Source: a virus
Taxonomy: Duplodnaviria > Heunggongvirae > Uroviricota > Caudoviricetes
IMG/VR virus record: IMGVR_UViG_2695420763_000013
Length of the DNA stretch: 34,806 nt
Reading direction: 5' to 3' (one strand)
The notes beneath the pieces were generated by a model. It was not told where the DNA came from. It saw only the letters and a list, made by a program, of their open reading frames with translations, and did no database searches. Position 1 is the stretch's first letter, and each line of letters begins with the position of its first letter. Positions 1-9,321 of the stretch are shown in pieces. The translations under genes and the position numbers were made by a program.

Positions 1-1362
1 ATGTTTAAACCGGAACTCCTTTCCCCGGCGGGAACGCTGAAAAATATGCGTTACGCTTTCGCTTATGGCGCAGATGCTGTTTATGCGGGCCAGCCGCGTT
101 ATTCCCTGCGTGTGCGCAACAACGAATTCAACCACGAAAATCTTCAGCTCGGCATCAATGAAGCCCACGCGCTGGGGAAAAAGTTTTATGTCGTGGTCAA
201 CATTGCACCGCACAACGCCAAGCTGAAAACCTTTATCCGTGACCTGAAACCGGTGGTGGAAATGGGGCCGGATGCGCTGATTATGTCCGATCCAGGGCTG
301 ATTATGCTGGTGCGTGAGCACTTCCCTGAAATGCCGATCCACCTTTCGGTGCAGGCTAACGCCGTGAACTGGGCGACGGTGAAATTCTGGCAGCAAATGG
401 GCCTGACCCGCGTGATCCTCTCTCGCGAGCTGTCGCTGGAAGAGATTGAAGAGATCCGCAATCAGGTGCCGGATATGGAGATCGAGATCTTCGTTCACGG
501 CGCGCTGTGCATGGCCTACTCCGGTCGCTGCCTGCTCTCTGGCTATATCAACAAGCGCGACCCGAACCAGGGCACCTGCACCAACGCCTGCCGCTGGGAG
601 TACAACGTCCAGGAAGGGAAAGAAGATGATGTTGGCAACATCGTACACAAGTACGAGCCGATTCCGGTGCAAAATGTTGAGCCGACGCTGGGTATCGGCG
701 CACCAACCGACAAAGTGTTTATGATCGAAGAGGCCCAGCGTCCGGGCGAGTATATGACCGCGTTTGAAGATGAGCACGGCACTTACATCATGAACTCGAA
801 AGATCTGCGCGCCATCGCCCATGTAGAACGCCTGACCAAAATGGGCGTGCATTCGCTGAAAATCGAAGGTCGTACCAAATCTTTCTACTATTGTGCACGC
901 ACCGCACAGGTTTACCGCAAAGCTATCGATGACGCCGCTGCGGGAAAACCGTTCGATACCAGCCTGCTGGAAACTCTGGAAGGTCTGGCGCATCGTGGCT
1001 ATACCGAAGGTTTCCTGCGTCGTCATACTCACGACGATTATCAGAACTACGAATACGGTTATTCAGTTTCTGACCGCCAGCAGTTTGTTGGTGAGTTTAC
1101 CGGTGAGCGCAAGGGGGACCTCGCGGCGGTAGCGGTGAAAAATAAATTCTCCGTTGGCGACAGCCTTGAGCTGATGACGCCGCAAGGCAACATTAATTTT
1201 ACCCTTGAGCACATGGAAAACGCCAAAGGCGAAGCTATGCCGATAGCACCAGGCGATGGTTATACTGTGTGGCTCCCGGTCCCGCAGGATCTTGAGCTCA
1301 ATTACGCGCTGCTGATGCGTAATTTCTCCGGGGAAACCACGCGTAATCCCCACGGTAAGTGA
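1..1362 (+). CDS. yegQ: Peptidase U32-family protein YegQ (TrhP)
   Basis: 453-aa ORF with the U32 signature E-x-F-x-x-G-A-L-C-x-x-Y-S-G-x-C (EIFVHGALCMAYSGRCLLS); lies immediately upstream of cyaR as in E. coli. Name from memory. Confidence 0.85.
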   Translation: MFKPELLSPAGTLKNMRYAFAYGADAVYAGQPRYSLRVRNNEFNHENLQLGINEAHALGKKFYVVVNIAPHNAKLKTFIRDLKPVVEMGPDALIMSDPGLIMLVREHFPEMPIHLSVQANAVNWATVKFWQQMGLTRVILSRELSLEEIEEIRNQVPDMEIEIFVHGALCMAYSGRCLLSGYINKRDPNQGTCTNACRWEYNVQEGKEDDVGNIVHKYEPIPVQNVEPTLGIGAPTDKVFMIEEAQRPGEYMTAFEDEHGTYIMNSKDLRAIAHVERLTKMGVHSLKIEGRTKSFYYCARTAQVYRKAIDDAAAGKPFDTSLLETLEGLAHRGYTEGFLRRHTHDDYQNYEYGYSVSDRQQFVGEFTGERKGDLAAVAVKNKFSVGDSLELMTPQGNINFTLEHMENAKGEAMPIAPGDGYTVWLPVPQDLELNYALLMRNFSGETTRNPHGK

Positions 1363-1446
1363 TTAATTTCGATTATTTTTCCCGGATGGAAAATTCTTAG
1401 AAACCGATCACATACAGCTGCATTTATTAAGGTTATCATCCGTTTC

Positions 1447-1533
1447 GCTGAAAAACATAACCCATAAAATGCTAGCTGTACCAGGAACCACCTCCTTAGC
1501 CTGTGTAATCTCCCTTACACGGGCTAATTTTTT
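1447..1533 (+). ncRNA. cyaR: CyaR (RyeE) Hfq-dependent small RNA
   Basis: About 87 nt beginning GCTGAAAAACATAACCC, with the CCACCTCCTTA motif and a 3' hairpin plus T-run (CCCTTACACGGGCTAATTTTTT). Matches my memory of E. coli CyaR. A TATCAT -10-like hexamer lies at 1434..1439. The 3' end coincides with attL. Confidence 0.7.
1507..1533. other. attL: Prophage attL core (P2 att 27-mer, 26/27 identical to attR copy)
   Basis: AATCTCCCTTACACGGGCTAATTTTTT. The reverse complement matches the remembered P2 attP core AAAAAATAAGCCCGTGTAAGGGAGATT except one position. A second copy lies at 34304..34330. Confidence 0.7.
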
Positions 1534-1597
1534 ACGCGTAATACAATGAAATAAAAGGATTTATTTCTGGTCACGTCCACACATTGACCACATCGAC

Positions 1598-1624
1598 AAA
1601 AAAGCCCCTCGACTGAGGGGCTTT
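1598..1624 (-). terminator. Rho-independent terminator downstream of ogr
   Basis: GC-rich hairpin GCCCCTC-GACT-GAGGGGC flanked by an A-run on the plus strand, giving a T-run after the stem on the minus strand, about 10 nt past the ogr stop. Confidence 0.6.
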
Positions 1625-1634
1625 CCATTTGTAA

Positions 1635-1853
1635 TTACATCCACATAATTTGCTGCCCTGACGGCAACGGGTGCGGTCTTACGGCGTGGACTTCTCCCGG
1701 CTTCACGATGTATCTCTGTACCGACTCATAGGTGATGAACGTGGCGCTGCAATTCACGTTCTGGCACTGGTGATAACGCTCTTTTGTCGTGTCAGTGATA
1801 TAGCGACTTGTACGCGCATGTGCGGCATGCTGGCATAAAGGACAATGAAACAT
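1635..1853 (-). CDS. ogr: Late-gene transcriptional activator Ogr (zinc finger)
   Basis: 72-aa product from the internal ATG at 1851..1853 (MFHCPLCQHAAHARTSRY...CQNVNCSATF), with CxxC...CxxC zinc-binding pairs. Same length as P2 Ogr. The 100-aa ORF-track version is an upstream extension. Confidence 0.9.
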   Translation of the reverse strand: MFHCPLCQHAAHARTSRYITDTTKERYHQCQNVNCSATFITYESVQRYIVKPGEVHAVRPHPLPSGQQIMWM

Positions 1854-1933
1854 CGCGAGCACCTCTTCCGGTTTTGTTGATGGTGCCATTTTAGTTAATT
1901 TATCCTTATAAAACAAACAGATAAAACAAAACA

Positions 1934-3097
1934 TCACTCATCATCTTCGGTTTCGTACTCCACATCAGAAAGCCTGACCTCAAGCTCCAGGGACGTCGTG
2001 AAGCCGCTATTATTCAGAAAATGTGTCACCTTAGTGATTGTCCAGTCCTGCTCGTCTATGACGCGCTTAAAGCCTGACACTTTGACCGGCGTTTCCGTGT
2101 AAATATCTGCCCGACCAGTGGCAAGGCTGATGGAGAACTCCGCAACGCCCCGTTGCAGTTTGTCCCACTTCGCCTGAGCGGCGCGCATGGCCTGCGCTTT
2201 CGTGGCATATACCGTGGTCAGGGCAAAAACGTTGTCAGCCTCACCGGCCATGTATTCACCTTCGCGCGCTTCCGGTACTTTTGGCGCTTTCTTCTGCGTG
2301 ACCGGTTTCGCTTTCGGGTGCTCCAGTGCGCGCAGGTGTTTCTCTTTCTTTTTGCGTTTCAGTTTTACCTTCTGCTTTTGCGGCTTCGGGTCTTTGGTGT
2401 GTAACCACTTTGCCGTTACGCCGGTGTAGGCTCCACGGTCAGCAATCGCAAAATGATGACGGTCACCGTCGCTGCGGGTGAGGGTAATCTGCGGGATTTT
2501 TTTACCGCTGGCAGTCACCCCCTGCCCCGCTTTGAGAAACAGCAGTTTTCCCATTTTTACCGACACCTCACCGCCGTTGCGTTCAGCAAGACGGGTCAGG
2601 AATTTCGCATCAGACTCCTGCGACTGGTCGATGTGCGGGATTTTAATTCCGGCCAGTGACGGAGCGACACTGGCTTCCAGCCTGTTACGGGTGGCTATCG
2701 CCTCAACAATCGCACCGAGCGTGGTGTCATGCCAGGAGCCTTCCCGGCGGGAATTGAGCGTCCCGCGAAAATCTGCACTCCGGGCGCGGATGGTGACCAC
2801 ATCCGGCGCGCCCCGGTGTTCAACCTCATCAACGGTAAATTTCCCTTTGCATACCAGGGCAAAACCTTTCCAGCCGATATACACCGTCAGGACAGCGCCA
2901 CGAACCGGCAGTCCGACCTGCCCGTCGGCATCGTTCAGTTCAATATCAAGCTGGTCAGCCTCAAAGCCCCGGTTATCCGTCAGGGTCATGCTCATCAGAC
3001 GGTCGCTGATATTGCCGGTAATATCCCTGCTGTCGAGCATCAGCATGTAATCCGGTGTCAGCGTACTGCCTGCATCAAATGTCAGCGCATCCAGCAT
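1934..3097 (-). CDS. D: Tail protein D
   Basis: 387 aa, the P2 gpD length, directly upstream of ogr as in P2; lysine-rich central linker. Confidence 0.85.
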   Translation of the reverse strand: MLDALTFDAGSTLTPDYMLMLDSRDITGNISDRLMSMTLTDNRGFEADQLDIELNDADGQVGLPVRGAVLTVYIGWKGFALVCKGKFTVDEVEHRGAPDVVTIRARSADFRGTLNSRREGSWHDTTLGAIVEAIATRNRLEASVAPSLAGIKIPHIDQSQESDAKFLTRLAERNGGEVSVKMGKLLFLKAGQGVTASGKKIPQITLTRSDGDRHHFAIADRGAYTGVTAKWLHTKDPKPQKQKVKLKRKKKEKHLRALEHPKAKPVTQKKAPKVPEAREGEYMAGEADNVFALTTVYATKAQAMRAAQAKWDKLQRGVAEFSISLATGRADIYTETPVKVSGFKRVIDEQDWTITKVTHFLNNSGFTTSLELEVRLSDVEYETEDDE

Positions 3098-3576
3098 TAT
3101 CCCGCCCCCGTCATACCCGTGAATCTGGTCGCCATACTGCCGGCCTTACCGATGAGCGATTCCGTCTGTTTACCGATATCGCCATAAAGCGCGGCCAGTG
3201 ATTCATCAACGCGGGTGAGCGACAGCGTAAAATCAATTTTTCGGGGTGTGCCGTCTGCAAAGAAAATACACCCTGTTTCACTCACCTTGCTGATGACATA
3301 CATGCCGTAAATCATTCCGGTGCCATCCAGCAACGGCCACGCCCGGCCTTCCTCTGCCATCAGTCTGAGCGTGGTCATCGTCAGCTTTCCGCCGGTCAGT
3401 TCGGGATAAAGCACACCGGCAAGCGTAATGTTTTCCTCACCCACACCGAGAAACTGAAAGGCATCCCGTTTGCCGATACGGGAATTTGACGGCCAGCGAT
3501 AATCTGATTCACGCTGCATGGTCTGGTGTGGCAGCGTCTGGCGCATAAAAACAAACATACCTAACGCGAGCATCAT
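3097..3576 (-). CDS. U: Tail protein U
   Basis: 159 aa, the P2 gpU length; 1-nt overlap with D start; conserved position between T and D. Confidence 0.85.
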   Translation of the reverse strand: MMLALGMFVFMRQTLPHQTMQRESDYRWPSNSRIGKRDAFQFLGVGEENITLAGVLYPELTGGKLTMTTLRLMAEEGRAWPLLDGTGMIYGMYVISKVSETGCIFFADGTPRKIDFTLSLTRVDESLAALYGDIGKQTESLIGKAGSMATRFTGMTGAG

Positions 3577-3590
3577 TTTTCGTCACCTCC

Positions 3591-6038
3591 TTAACCGTCA
3601 TGCATCATGCTGGCACGGGCACGCGCACGTTTATCCCGCTCGTATTTTTCGAGCGCATCCTGTAACTGGCGGTCAAGCTGTGTCCCCGGCGCAGTACCAC
3701 CCGTCAGGCTGATGTGATATTCGTTTTTACTCTGGTCCACATAAGAGCGGCCAGCCGGTGCCGTGACCGGCTGATAAGCCTGATAGCCTGCATAAGAACT
3801 GGTCGCCGGAATATAACCACCGGTGCCATACGTGGCGGCATGAGTTCTGGCGGCGGTCTGGTCAAGTGTGTCTGACTCTTTGTTGATGACCCCGAGCTTT
3901 TCCAGTACCCAGTCAATACCGCTGCGCAGTTTGTTGAACGCATTAAGCGGCAGCATCAGCGCGTCAGCCAGTGCCTGCCCGAACATGACGCCCGTGTCAC
4001 GGCAACGGTTCAGGGTGTCCTGTGTGGCTTTGACCGGGGCAATCAGGTTTTTAAACCACTGCCACGCGGCCTGTAACTTTTCGCCCAGCCAGTCAAACAC
4101 CGGTTTCAGTGGCGTGAACAGCTCCCCCACCGGCGCAAATGCCGCTTTCAGCCCTTCCACCACACCGCCAAAGAATGCGCTGACAGGCTCCCAGTATTTA
4201 CGGATAAGCAACGCCCCGGCGACAATGGCGGCCACCACGGCCACAACCGGCCAGCTAATCGCCCCGATGGCCGTCATAACAGCACTGCCAACCGTCATGA
4301 AGATTGCCCCCATTGCGCCTGCTGCCGCGATAATGGCATTGATGCCGGTGATAACCGGCCATGCTACAAGACCAATGGCACCGATGATGCCAATAAGCGC
4401 CAGCGCGCCACCGACAATGAGGCCGATGGTTGACGCCAGTGATTTGTTTTTCTGGATCCAGCCGTCGAGTTTTAACACATACTTTGTGGCCGTCTGAGTG
4501 AGTTTACGCAGTGCGCCTTCCTGCTGGTCAAACAGGTCTGTCCCCACCGCCTCATAAGCGGACTGAAACTCCTTAAAGTCACCGCCGAGGTTGTCCTGCA
4601 TGATATTTACCAGCTCGGCGGTCTTCCCGTCTGAGGCTTTAAACGCAGCGGTCAGTTTGTCCAGCTTTCCGGTTGAGGCGGCAGTCATCAGCACGGCGGC
4701 GGCTGAGCTGGCCTCCTCCCCGAAAATGGTTTTCATGTATTCAGCCTGCTGGGCAGTACCGAGCCGATTTTTCTCAAAACTGGCCTGCATTTCTTTCAGA
4801 ATGGTAAATATTGGTCGGGTGTTTCCCTTGCTGTCTGAGGTTTTCACACCAAGCTCTTTCAGTGCATCCCATGCTTTTCCCGTCGGTGCCTGCAGGCGGC
4901 TTAACACGGCACGGCTTCCCGTCCCCGCCATTGAACCGGTAATTTTTGCATCATGCAGCGCCCCGACCATTGCGGCGGTTTCTTCAATGCTGACACCGGC
5001 ATTTTTTGCCACAGGTGCGGCATAGGTCAGCGCATCGCTCATGCCGTCAAAATCGGCGGCGGTTTTGTTCATCGTCATGGAGAGAACATCCCCGATATGA
5101 GCGACCTTATCGTTTGAAAGCTGAAAGGCGGATTTCATCCCCATCAACAGGGCGGCGTTTTCTTCCATCGTGCGACGGTTCGCCAGCGCCATATTCAGCG
5201 TGACCGGCGTTGCCGCCTGAATGGCATCAACATCCCCACCCGCTTTCGCGATGATTATCTGTGCACCGGCCGCATCATCCGCCGAGGCGGCGGTATTGTC
5301 GCCGAGCTGGCGCGCCTGTTTGCGTAGTGCGGTCATTTCGGCGGAGTCTTTTGCCACTCCGAGCACGGCCTGCAATTCTGAGTTTTTCTGCGCAAACTCA
5401 TAACCGGGCATCAGCAACTTAACTCCGGCCATCGTTCCCGCCGCCGCAATCCCCACACCGGCAGCGCCTACTGAGGCCATATTTCCGGCCAGTTCCTTTC
5501 CGGCCTGATAACGCTGTTTGACTGCGTTAAGTTTTGCCTGTTGCGCACTGACACGCGCCAGCGCGTCGCGCTGACGGTTAAGCTGTGCGGTGGTTTCACT
5601 GATACGGTTTTTCAGTCCCTGCTCATCATGTGCAAGATTGCGGGTATTAATTCCCACAGCGGCCAGTTCCCGCTGCTGGCGTTTAACGGAATCCGTCAGG
5701 CGGTTATATTTCGCCTGTAAGTCCTCCGCCGCTCGCTTTGCGGATTCCAGCACTTTCGCCTGAGCACGGGTCGGACGTTCGGTGTTTTTAAACTGTGTGG
5801 CAAGGGCTTCGGCTTCCTGCCGTGCCTTTTCAAGTGCATGACCAGTCACGGCGAGCTGCGCACTGGTCTTGCGAAATCCCTCAATACGGGATGCGTGACC
5901 GTTCAGCTCGCGCAGTGATTTTTGTGTTTCCCGGATATCCCCCGACAGCGACTTGCTCGCTGTGCGGATGGATTTAAACGGGCGGGATGCCTGGTCAACA
6001 GCCCTGAGCAATACCTGTAATTTTACATTGTTACTCAT
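3591..6038 (-). CDS. T: Tail tape-measure protein T
   Basis: 815 aa, the P2 gpT length. N-terminal coiled-coil-like Q/R/A-rich region and a central Gly/Ala-rich hydrophobic segment. Its start overlaps the E' stop (ATGAGTAA). Confidence 0.9.
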   Translation of the reverse strand: MSNNVKLQVLLRAVDQASRPFKSIRTASKSLSGDIRETQKSLRELNGHASRIEGFRKTSAQLAVTGHALEKARQEAEALATQFKNTERPTRAQAKVLESAKRAAEDLQAKYNRLTDSVKRQQRELAAVGINTRNLAHDEQGLKNRISETTAQLNRQRDALARVSAQQAKLNAVKQRYQAGKELAGNMASVGAAGVGIAAAGTMAGVKLLMPGYEFAQKNSELQAVLGVAKDSAEMTALRKQARQLGDNTAASADDAAGAQIIIAKAGGDVDAIQAATPVTLNMALANRRTMEENAALLMGMKSAFQLSNDKVAHIGDVLSMTMNKTAADFDGMSDALTYAAPVAKNAGVSIEETAAMVGALHDAKITGSMAGTGSRAVLSRLQAPTGKAWDALKELGVKTSDSKGNTRPIFTILKEMQASFEKNRLGTAQQAEYMKTIFGEEASSAAAVLMTAASTGKLDKLTAAFKASDGKTAELVNIMQDNLGGDFKEFQSAYEAVGTDLFDQQEGALRKLTQTATKYVLKLDGWIQKNKSLASTIGLIVGGALALIGIIGAIGLVAWPVITGINAIIAAAGAMGAIFMTVGSAVMTAIGAISWPVVAVVAAIVAGALLIRKYWEPVSAFFGGVVEGLKAAFAPVGELFTPLKPVFDWLGEKLQAAWQWFKNLIAPVKATQDTLNRCRDTGVMFGQALADALMLPLNAFNKLRSGIDWVLEKLGVINKESDTLDQTAARTHAATYGTGGYIPATSSYAGYQAYQPVTAPAGRSYVDQSKNEYHISLTGGTAPGTQLDRQLQDALEKYERDKRARARASMMHDG

Positions 6039-6458
6039 TCGTGTTTCCGCTTCGCCGGAGCGCCTTTTCGCGCCATGTGATGAGTTCGGTCAGGCTCATG
6101 GGATACAGTTCTGATGGCGGCCAGTGAAATATCACTGCCACATCCGCCATCAGGTCATCGACCGAGAGATTTTTCGGAAACGTCACTGCACCGAGTTCGG
6201 CGACAAAAAACCGACCACCTTACCGGCCAGCGCCACAAGGTCAGGCAGTTCCAGCGCGGCGACTTCCTGCTCGGTCAGCATCGGTGCCGTCATGCGCGGC
6301 AGCACTTTAATCAGTGCATCGACTTCGGAGTTCGCGACTGCAGCCAGACTGACACCGCGCAGCGTCCCGGCATTGGGTTTCATCAGCGTGACCTGTTCGA
6401 TAACCTGCTCACCACGTTTGACCGGATTGTCCAGGGTAATGACGTTTTCTTTGTTCAT
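6031..6458 (-). CDS. E': Tail assembly chaperone E+E' (programmed -1 ribosomal frameshift product)
   Basis: Slippery heptamer T-TTT-TTG (minus strand, plus-strand 6204..6210) lies 7 codons before the E stop. The -1 frame continues open for 57 codons to a TAA at 6031..6033 that overlaps the T start. Predicted product is 142 aa, the P2 E+E' length. Confidence 0.75.
6183..6458 (-). CDS. E: Tail assembly chaperone E
   Basis: 91 aa, the P2 gpE length; located between T and FII. Confidence 0.85.
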   Translation of the reverse strand: MNKENVITLDNPVKRGEQVIEQVTLMKPNAGTLRGVSLAAVANSEVDALIKVLPRMTAPMLTEQEVAALELPDLVALAGKVVGFLSPNSVQ

Positions 6459-6514
6459 GGTTTTCTCACTTCTGAATCGGGGTTAACCGGTCAGCCAGGC
6501 TGACCGGATGAAAA

Positions 6515-7033
6515 TCACAGGCCGATATTGCGGCGGTGTTGCTCCAGCCGGTCGACGCCGTTCACCTTCTCAATCATGTTGATGGTGTCGATTTCGACCA
6601 GCTCCTTACCGTCCATCGTCAGCCGGAAATAGGTGCAGACCACGGAGATTTTCGACTCGGTGTCTTCTCCCTGTTTGCCCTCGCCGGTGTCGATTTCTTT
6701 CTGACGGCCACGCATGACCACCTCGACGGCCACCGTTTCGCCGGTATCGTCGCGCTGGTAAGAGCCGGCAAAACGAATCGGTACGGCATCCACACCGGTT
6801 GCGGCGTAAAGCTCCCAGATAACCGAATCCGGGAAGCCACCGAGCGACCACTCCATTGACAGCGCATCGTCATCAAGGCCGAGGTCTACCGGTGCGCTGC
6901 CGTTCATCCCCGCACCGCGATAGTTTTCGAGCTTACGGGTCAGTTTTGGCAGCGTGACGGACTTCGCGACGCCCTGATAGCTGTAGCCGTTCAGAAAGAC
7001 GTTCATTAACTTGAGTTTGCGCGGCATTGCCAT
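6515..7033 (-). CDS. FII: Tail tube protein FII
   Basis: 172 aa, the P2 gpFII length; immediately downstream of FI. Confidence 0.9.
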   Translation of the reverse strand: MAMPRKLKLMNVFLNGYSYQGVAKSVTLPKLTRKLENYRGAGMNGSAPVDLGLDDDALSMEWSLGGFPDSVIWELYAATGVDAVPIRFAGSYQRDDTGETVAVEVVMRGRQKEIDTGEGKQGEDTESKISVVCTYFRLTMDGKELVEIDTINMIEKVNGVDRLEQHRRNIGL

Positions 7034-7045
7034 CGGTCAGGCTCC

Positions 7046-8236
7046 TTAATTGCTGTTAACCGAGGTGACCAGATTTGCCAGGTATTTATCGGTAATACGC
7101 TGGCGCAGGGTCAGGTTTTCAAGAGGAGGCACCGGTGTATAGTCGTAGTCGATATACAGTTTTCCGGCCTTGAGGGTTTCCGCATCGTTGGATTCTTCGC
7201 TGAACCAGCAGGTCGCATCCACGATATAGCCGTTTGTTTTCAGCTCACGGAATTTGGCATTGATGCCGTCAACGATGTCGCGAATCAGCGTTGCGGTGAT
7301 GGGCTTGTCCACCGCCCACATGTGCGCCTCAGCCATCGTGTCGGCCAGCACCTGCGCGGTGCGGGTGTAGTTTTCAAAGAGGAACAGCGGGTCATCAGAG
7401 CAGGTACGGTTACCCCAGAAGCGGAAACCGTCGCGGCGAATCAGCGTAGTGACGCCTGACTCATTAAGCAAGTCAGCATCGGTGCCGGACTCCTGCAAAT
7501 CCCAGAATACAGAGGCGCTGATGCCGGTAACACCGTTCACCCCGACATTGGACAGCGTTTTATGCCAGCCCTGCTCCTGGTCGATTTTGGCACGCAGCCC
7601 CAGTGCACGGGCGGTGGCATACGCGGTGGCGGTGGTACTGGTGACCGTATCCCATGCGAGGAAATCCGGCCAGATGACCATCAGCTCACGCTGGCTGAAA
7701 TTCTGACGGTAGGCTTTCACCTCGGAAATGGTTTTACAGCCCCATGCGCTGATATACCCGAAAGCGCGCAGCTTCTGACAGACTGATGCCAGTGCAACAG
7801 CCACCTCTTTGGTGTCCAGTCCCGGCACGCCGAGAATACGCGGTTTAACACCGGTTACCGACTCTGCCGCCAGCAGGGCTTTCAGTCCGGTATACTGACC
7901 GTTTTCGTCGGTGGTGCCGATGATATTGGAAACGGTCTGCGCGAGTTTCGTTTCTTCGTCTTCGCCGGTGCCGTCTTCAACACGCACGACAACGGTGACC
8001 GGTTTTGACTGGTCAGCGATGGCCTGTAACGACGCCGCCAGCGTGCCTTTTTTACCGGCCTTTGCAATTGCGCTCTGCACATTGGTAATCAGCACCGGTT
8101 TATTGAGGGGGAAGATTTCCGCATCCGCATCGCTGGCCGTGCAGACCATGCCGACAATGGCAGTGGATACGGTGGAAATGACGCGGGTGCCGTCGTTAAT
8201 CTCCAGCACCTGCACGCCGTGATGATAGTCACTCAT
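7046..8236 (-). CDS. FI: Contractile tail sheath protein FI
   Basis: 396 aa, the P2 gpFI length; conserved synteny. Confidence 0.9.
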   Translation of the reverse strand: MSDYHHGVQVLEINDGTRVISTVSTAIVGMVCTASDADAEIFPLNKPVLITNVQSAIAKAGKKGTLAASLQAIADQSKPVTVVVRVEDGTGEDEETKLAQTVSNIIGTTDENGQYTGLKALLAAESVTGVKPRILGVPGLDTKEVAVALASVCQKLRAFGYISAWGCKTISEVKAYRQNFSQRELMVIWPDFLAWDTVTSTTATAYATARALGLRAKIDQEQGWHKTLSNVGVNGVTGISASVFWDLQESGTDADLLNESGVTTLIRRDGFRFWGNRTCSDDPLFLFENYTRTAQVLADTMAEAHMWAVDKPITATLIRDIVDGINAKFRELKTNGYIVDATCWFSEESNDAETLKAGKLYIDYDYTPVPPLENLTLRQRITDKYLANLVTSVNSN

Positions 8237-8295
8237 CCGTTTAACTCCGTGGTTAATGGGTGAGTGATATTTTCAGTTGTGCCGGAGATGTCAGG

Positions 8296-8889
8296 CTATT
8301 TGTCCCGGTTGGCTAAGGGATGACACAATTTATTCTTTGTCGCTGATGAGGGAAATTTTTTATAGAGCGTGGACAGGCCAATATCAAAAATCAGCGCCAC
8401 ACGTTGACGAGATTCCCCCGCAGCCAGCAACCGTCCGACCTGCTCCCACTCACTCGCGGTGAGTTTCGGACGTCTGCCACCAATACGACCTTTGGCTCTG
8501 GCCGCTTCCAGTCCGGCGCGTGTCCGCTCGACAATGAGTTCTCGTTCCATTTCAGCCAGGGCACCCATCACATGGAAGAAAAAACGCCCCATCGGCGTGC
8601 TGGTATCAATAGCATCCGTCAGGCTGCGAAAATTAATGCCGCGTTCGCGCAGTTCCTCGACCAGAATGACCAGATGCCGCATACTACGCCCCAGCCTGTC
8701 CAGCTTCCAGACAACCAGAGTGTCACCTTCCGATAATGTTCTGAGCAGTTTTTTCAGCCCCGGTCGGTCGGACTTCGTGCCGCTGATTTTATCCTCAAAA
8801 ATCAGCTCACATCCTGCGCACTCCAGCGCGTTACGCTGCAATTCCGTATTCTGGTCATTTGTTGATACGCGGACATAGCCAATAAGCAT
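8296..8889 (-). CDS. Serine recombinase, DNA invertase (Hin/Gin/Pin/Cin family)
   Basis: N-terminus MLIGYVRVSTNDQ carries the catalytic serine motif; resolvase-type catalytic domain and a C-terminal helix-turn-helix (LSTLYKKF); adjacent to the tail-fibre crossover sites. Confidence 0.9.
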   Translation of the reverse strand: MLIGYVRVSTNDQNTELQRNALECAGCELIFEDKISGTKSDRPGLKKLLRTLSEGDTLVVWKLDRLGRSMRHLVILVEELRERGINFRSLTDAIDTSTPMGRFFFHVMGALAEMERELIVERTRAGLEAARAKGRIGGRRPKLTASEWEQVGRLLAAGESRQRVALIFDIGLSTLYKKFPSSATKNKLCHPLANRDK

Positions 8890-8956
8890 GATGGATCCCC
8901 TGAATAAAAACCGGGGATGATGCCAGTTAGCCGTAATCTCTGCATTTTCTTAAACG

Positions 8957-8971
8957 TTGGTTTGGGAGAAG
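8957..8971 (+). other. Putative invertase crossover-site core, copy 1 (TTGGTTTGGGAGAAG)
   Basis: Identical 15-mer at 10579..10593 (same orientation) and 12416..12430 (inverted); in each copy it encodes G-L-G-E at the junction between constant and variable tail-fibre parts. Confidence 0.55.
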
Positions 8972-9318
8972 CGGCGAAAAGGGATGTGGGTACAGGAGAA
9001 AATCAGATACCGGATATGTCAGCCTGGAAAAGAAATCCGAGTTCTAATCGCTGGAGAAAATTGCCTGATGGAACCATCATTCAAATGGGAATATCAGCAT
9101 CAGGGCCATTAGGCTCACCTGTAAATATCACCCTGCCGATATCTTTCAGCAATACCAATTATTGTGTTGTTGCATCGTACGATAATGCACGGTCAGGTGT
9201 GTCAACAATGGTTAGTTTTGCAGCATTACCTGTTTCACCATCGCAATTTTCCCTGATGTCATCTGTGACTGAGCAAGGAATAAATCCTTTTGCTTACTGG
9301 ATTGCTTTTGGAGATTGA
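8959..9318 (+). CDS. Promoterless tail-fibre C-terminal cassette (exact copy of the H C-terminus)
   Basis: Translation from the crossover core (GLGEAAKRDVGTGENQ...AFGD) is identical to the last ~120 aa of H (12069..12430, minus strand). The upstream part of the ORF-track ORF 8917..9318 is out-of-cassette read-through. Confidence 0.5.
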   Translation, partial: GLGEAAKRDVGTGENQIPDMSAWKRNPSSNRWRKLPDGTIIQMGISASGPLGSPVNITLPISFSNTNYCVVASYDNARSGVSTMVSFAALPVSPSQFSLMSSVTEQGINPFAYWIAFGD

Positions 9319-9321
9319 TAA

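Noticed and set aside
1395-1430. Possible CRP-binding site upstream of cyaR
   Set aside because: Only a partial half-site (ATCACA / TGTGAT) could be matched by eye; not enough to call a site.
2153-3187. Several plus-strand ORFs (83 to 190 aa) antisense to D
   Set aside because: All are nested in gene D, have biased low-complexity composition and no recognisable start context.
3868-4497. 209-aa plus-strand ORF antisense to tape-measure gene T
   Set aside because: Low-complexity Ala/Ser/Thr-rich translation typical of a shadow ORF in GC-rich coding DNA; lies fully inside a strongly supported gene.
8917-8956. N-terminal 13 codons of ORF 8917..9318 (MMPVSRNLCIFLNV)
   Set aside because: They lie outside the repeat and crossover core; likely fortuitous read-through rather than an independent gene start.
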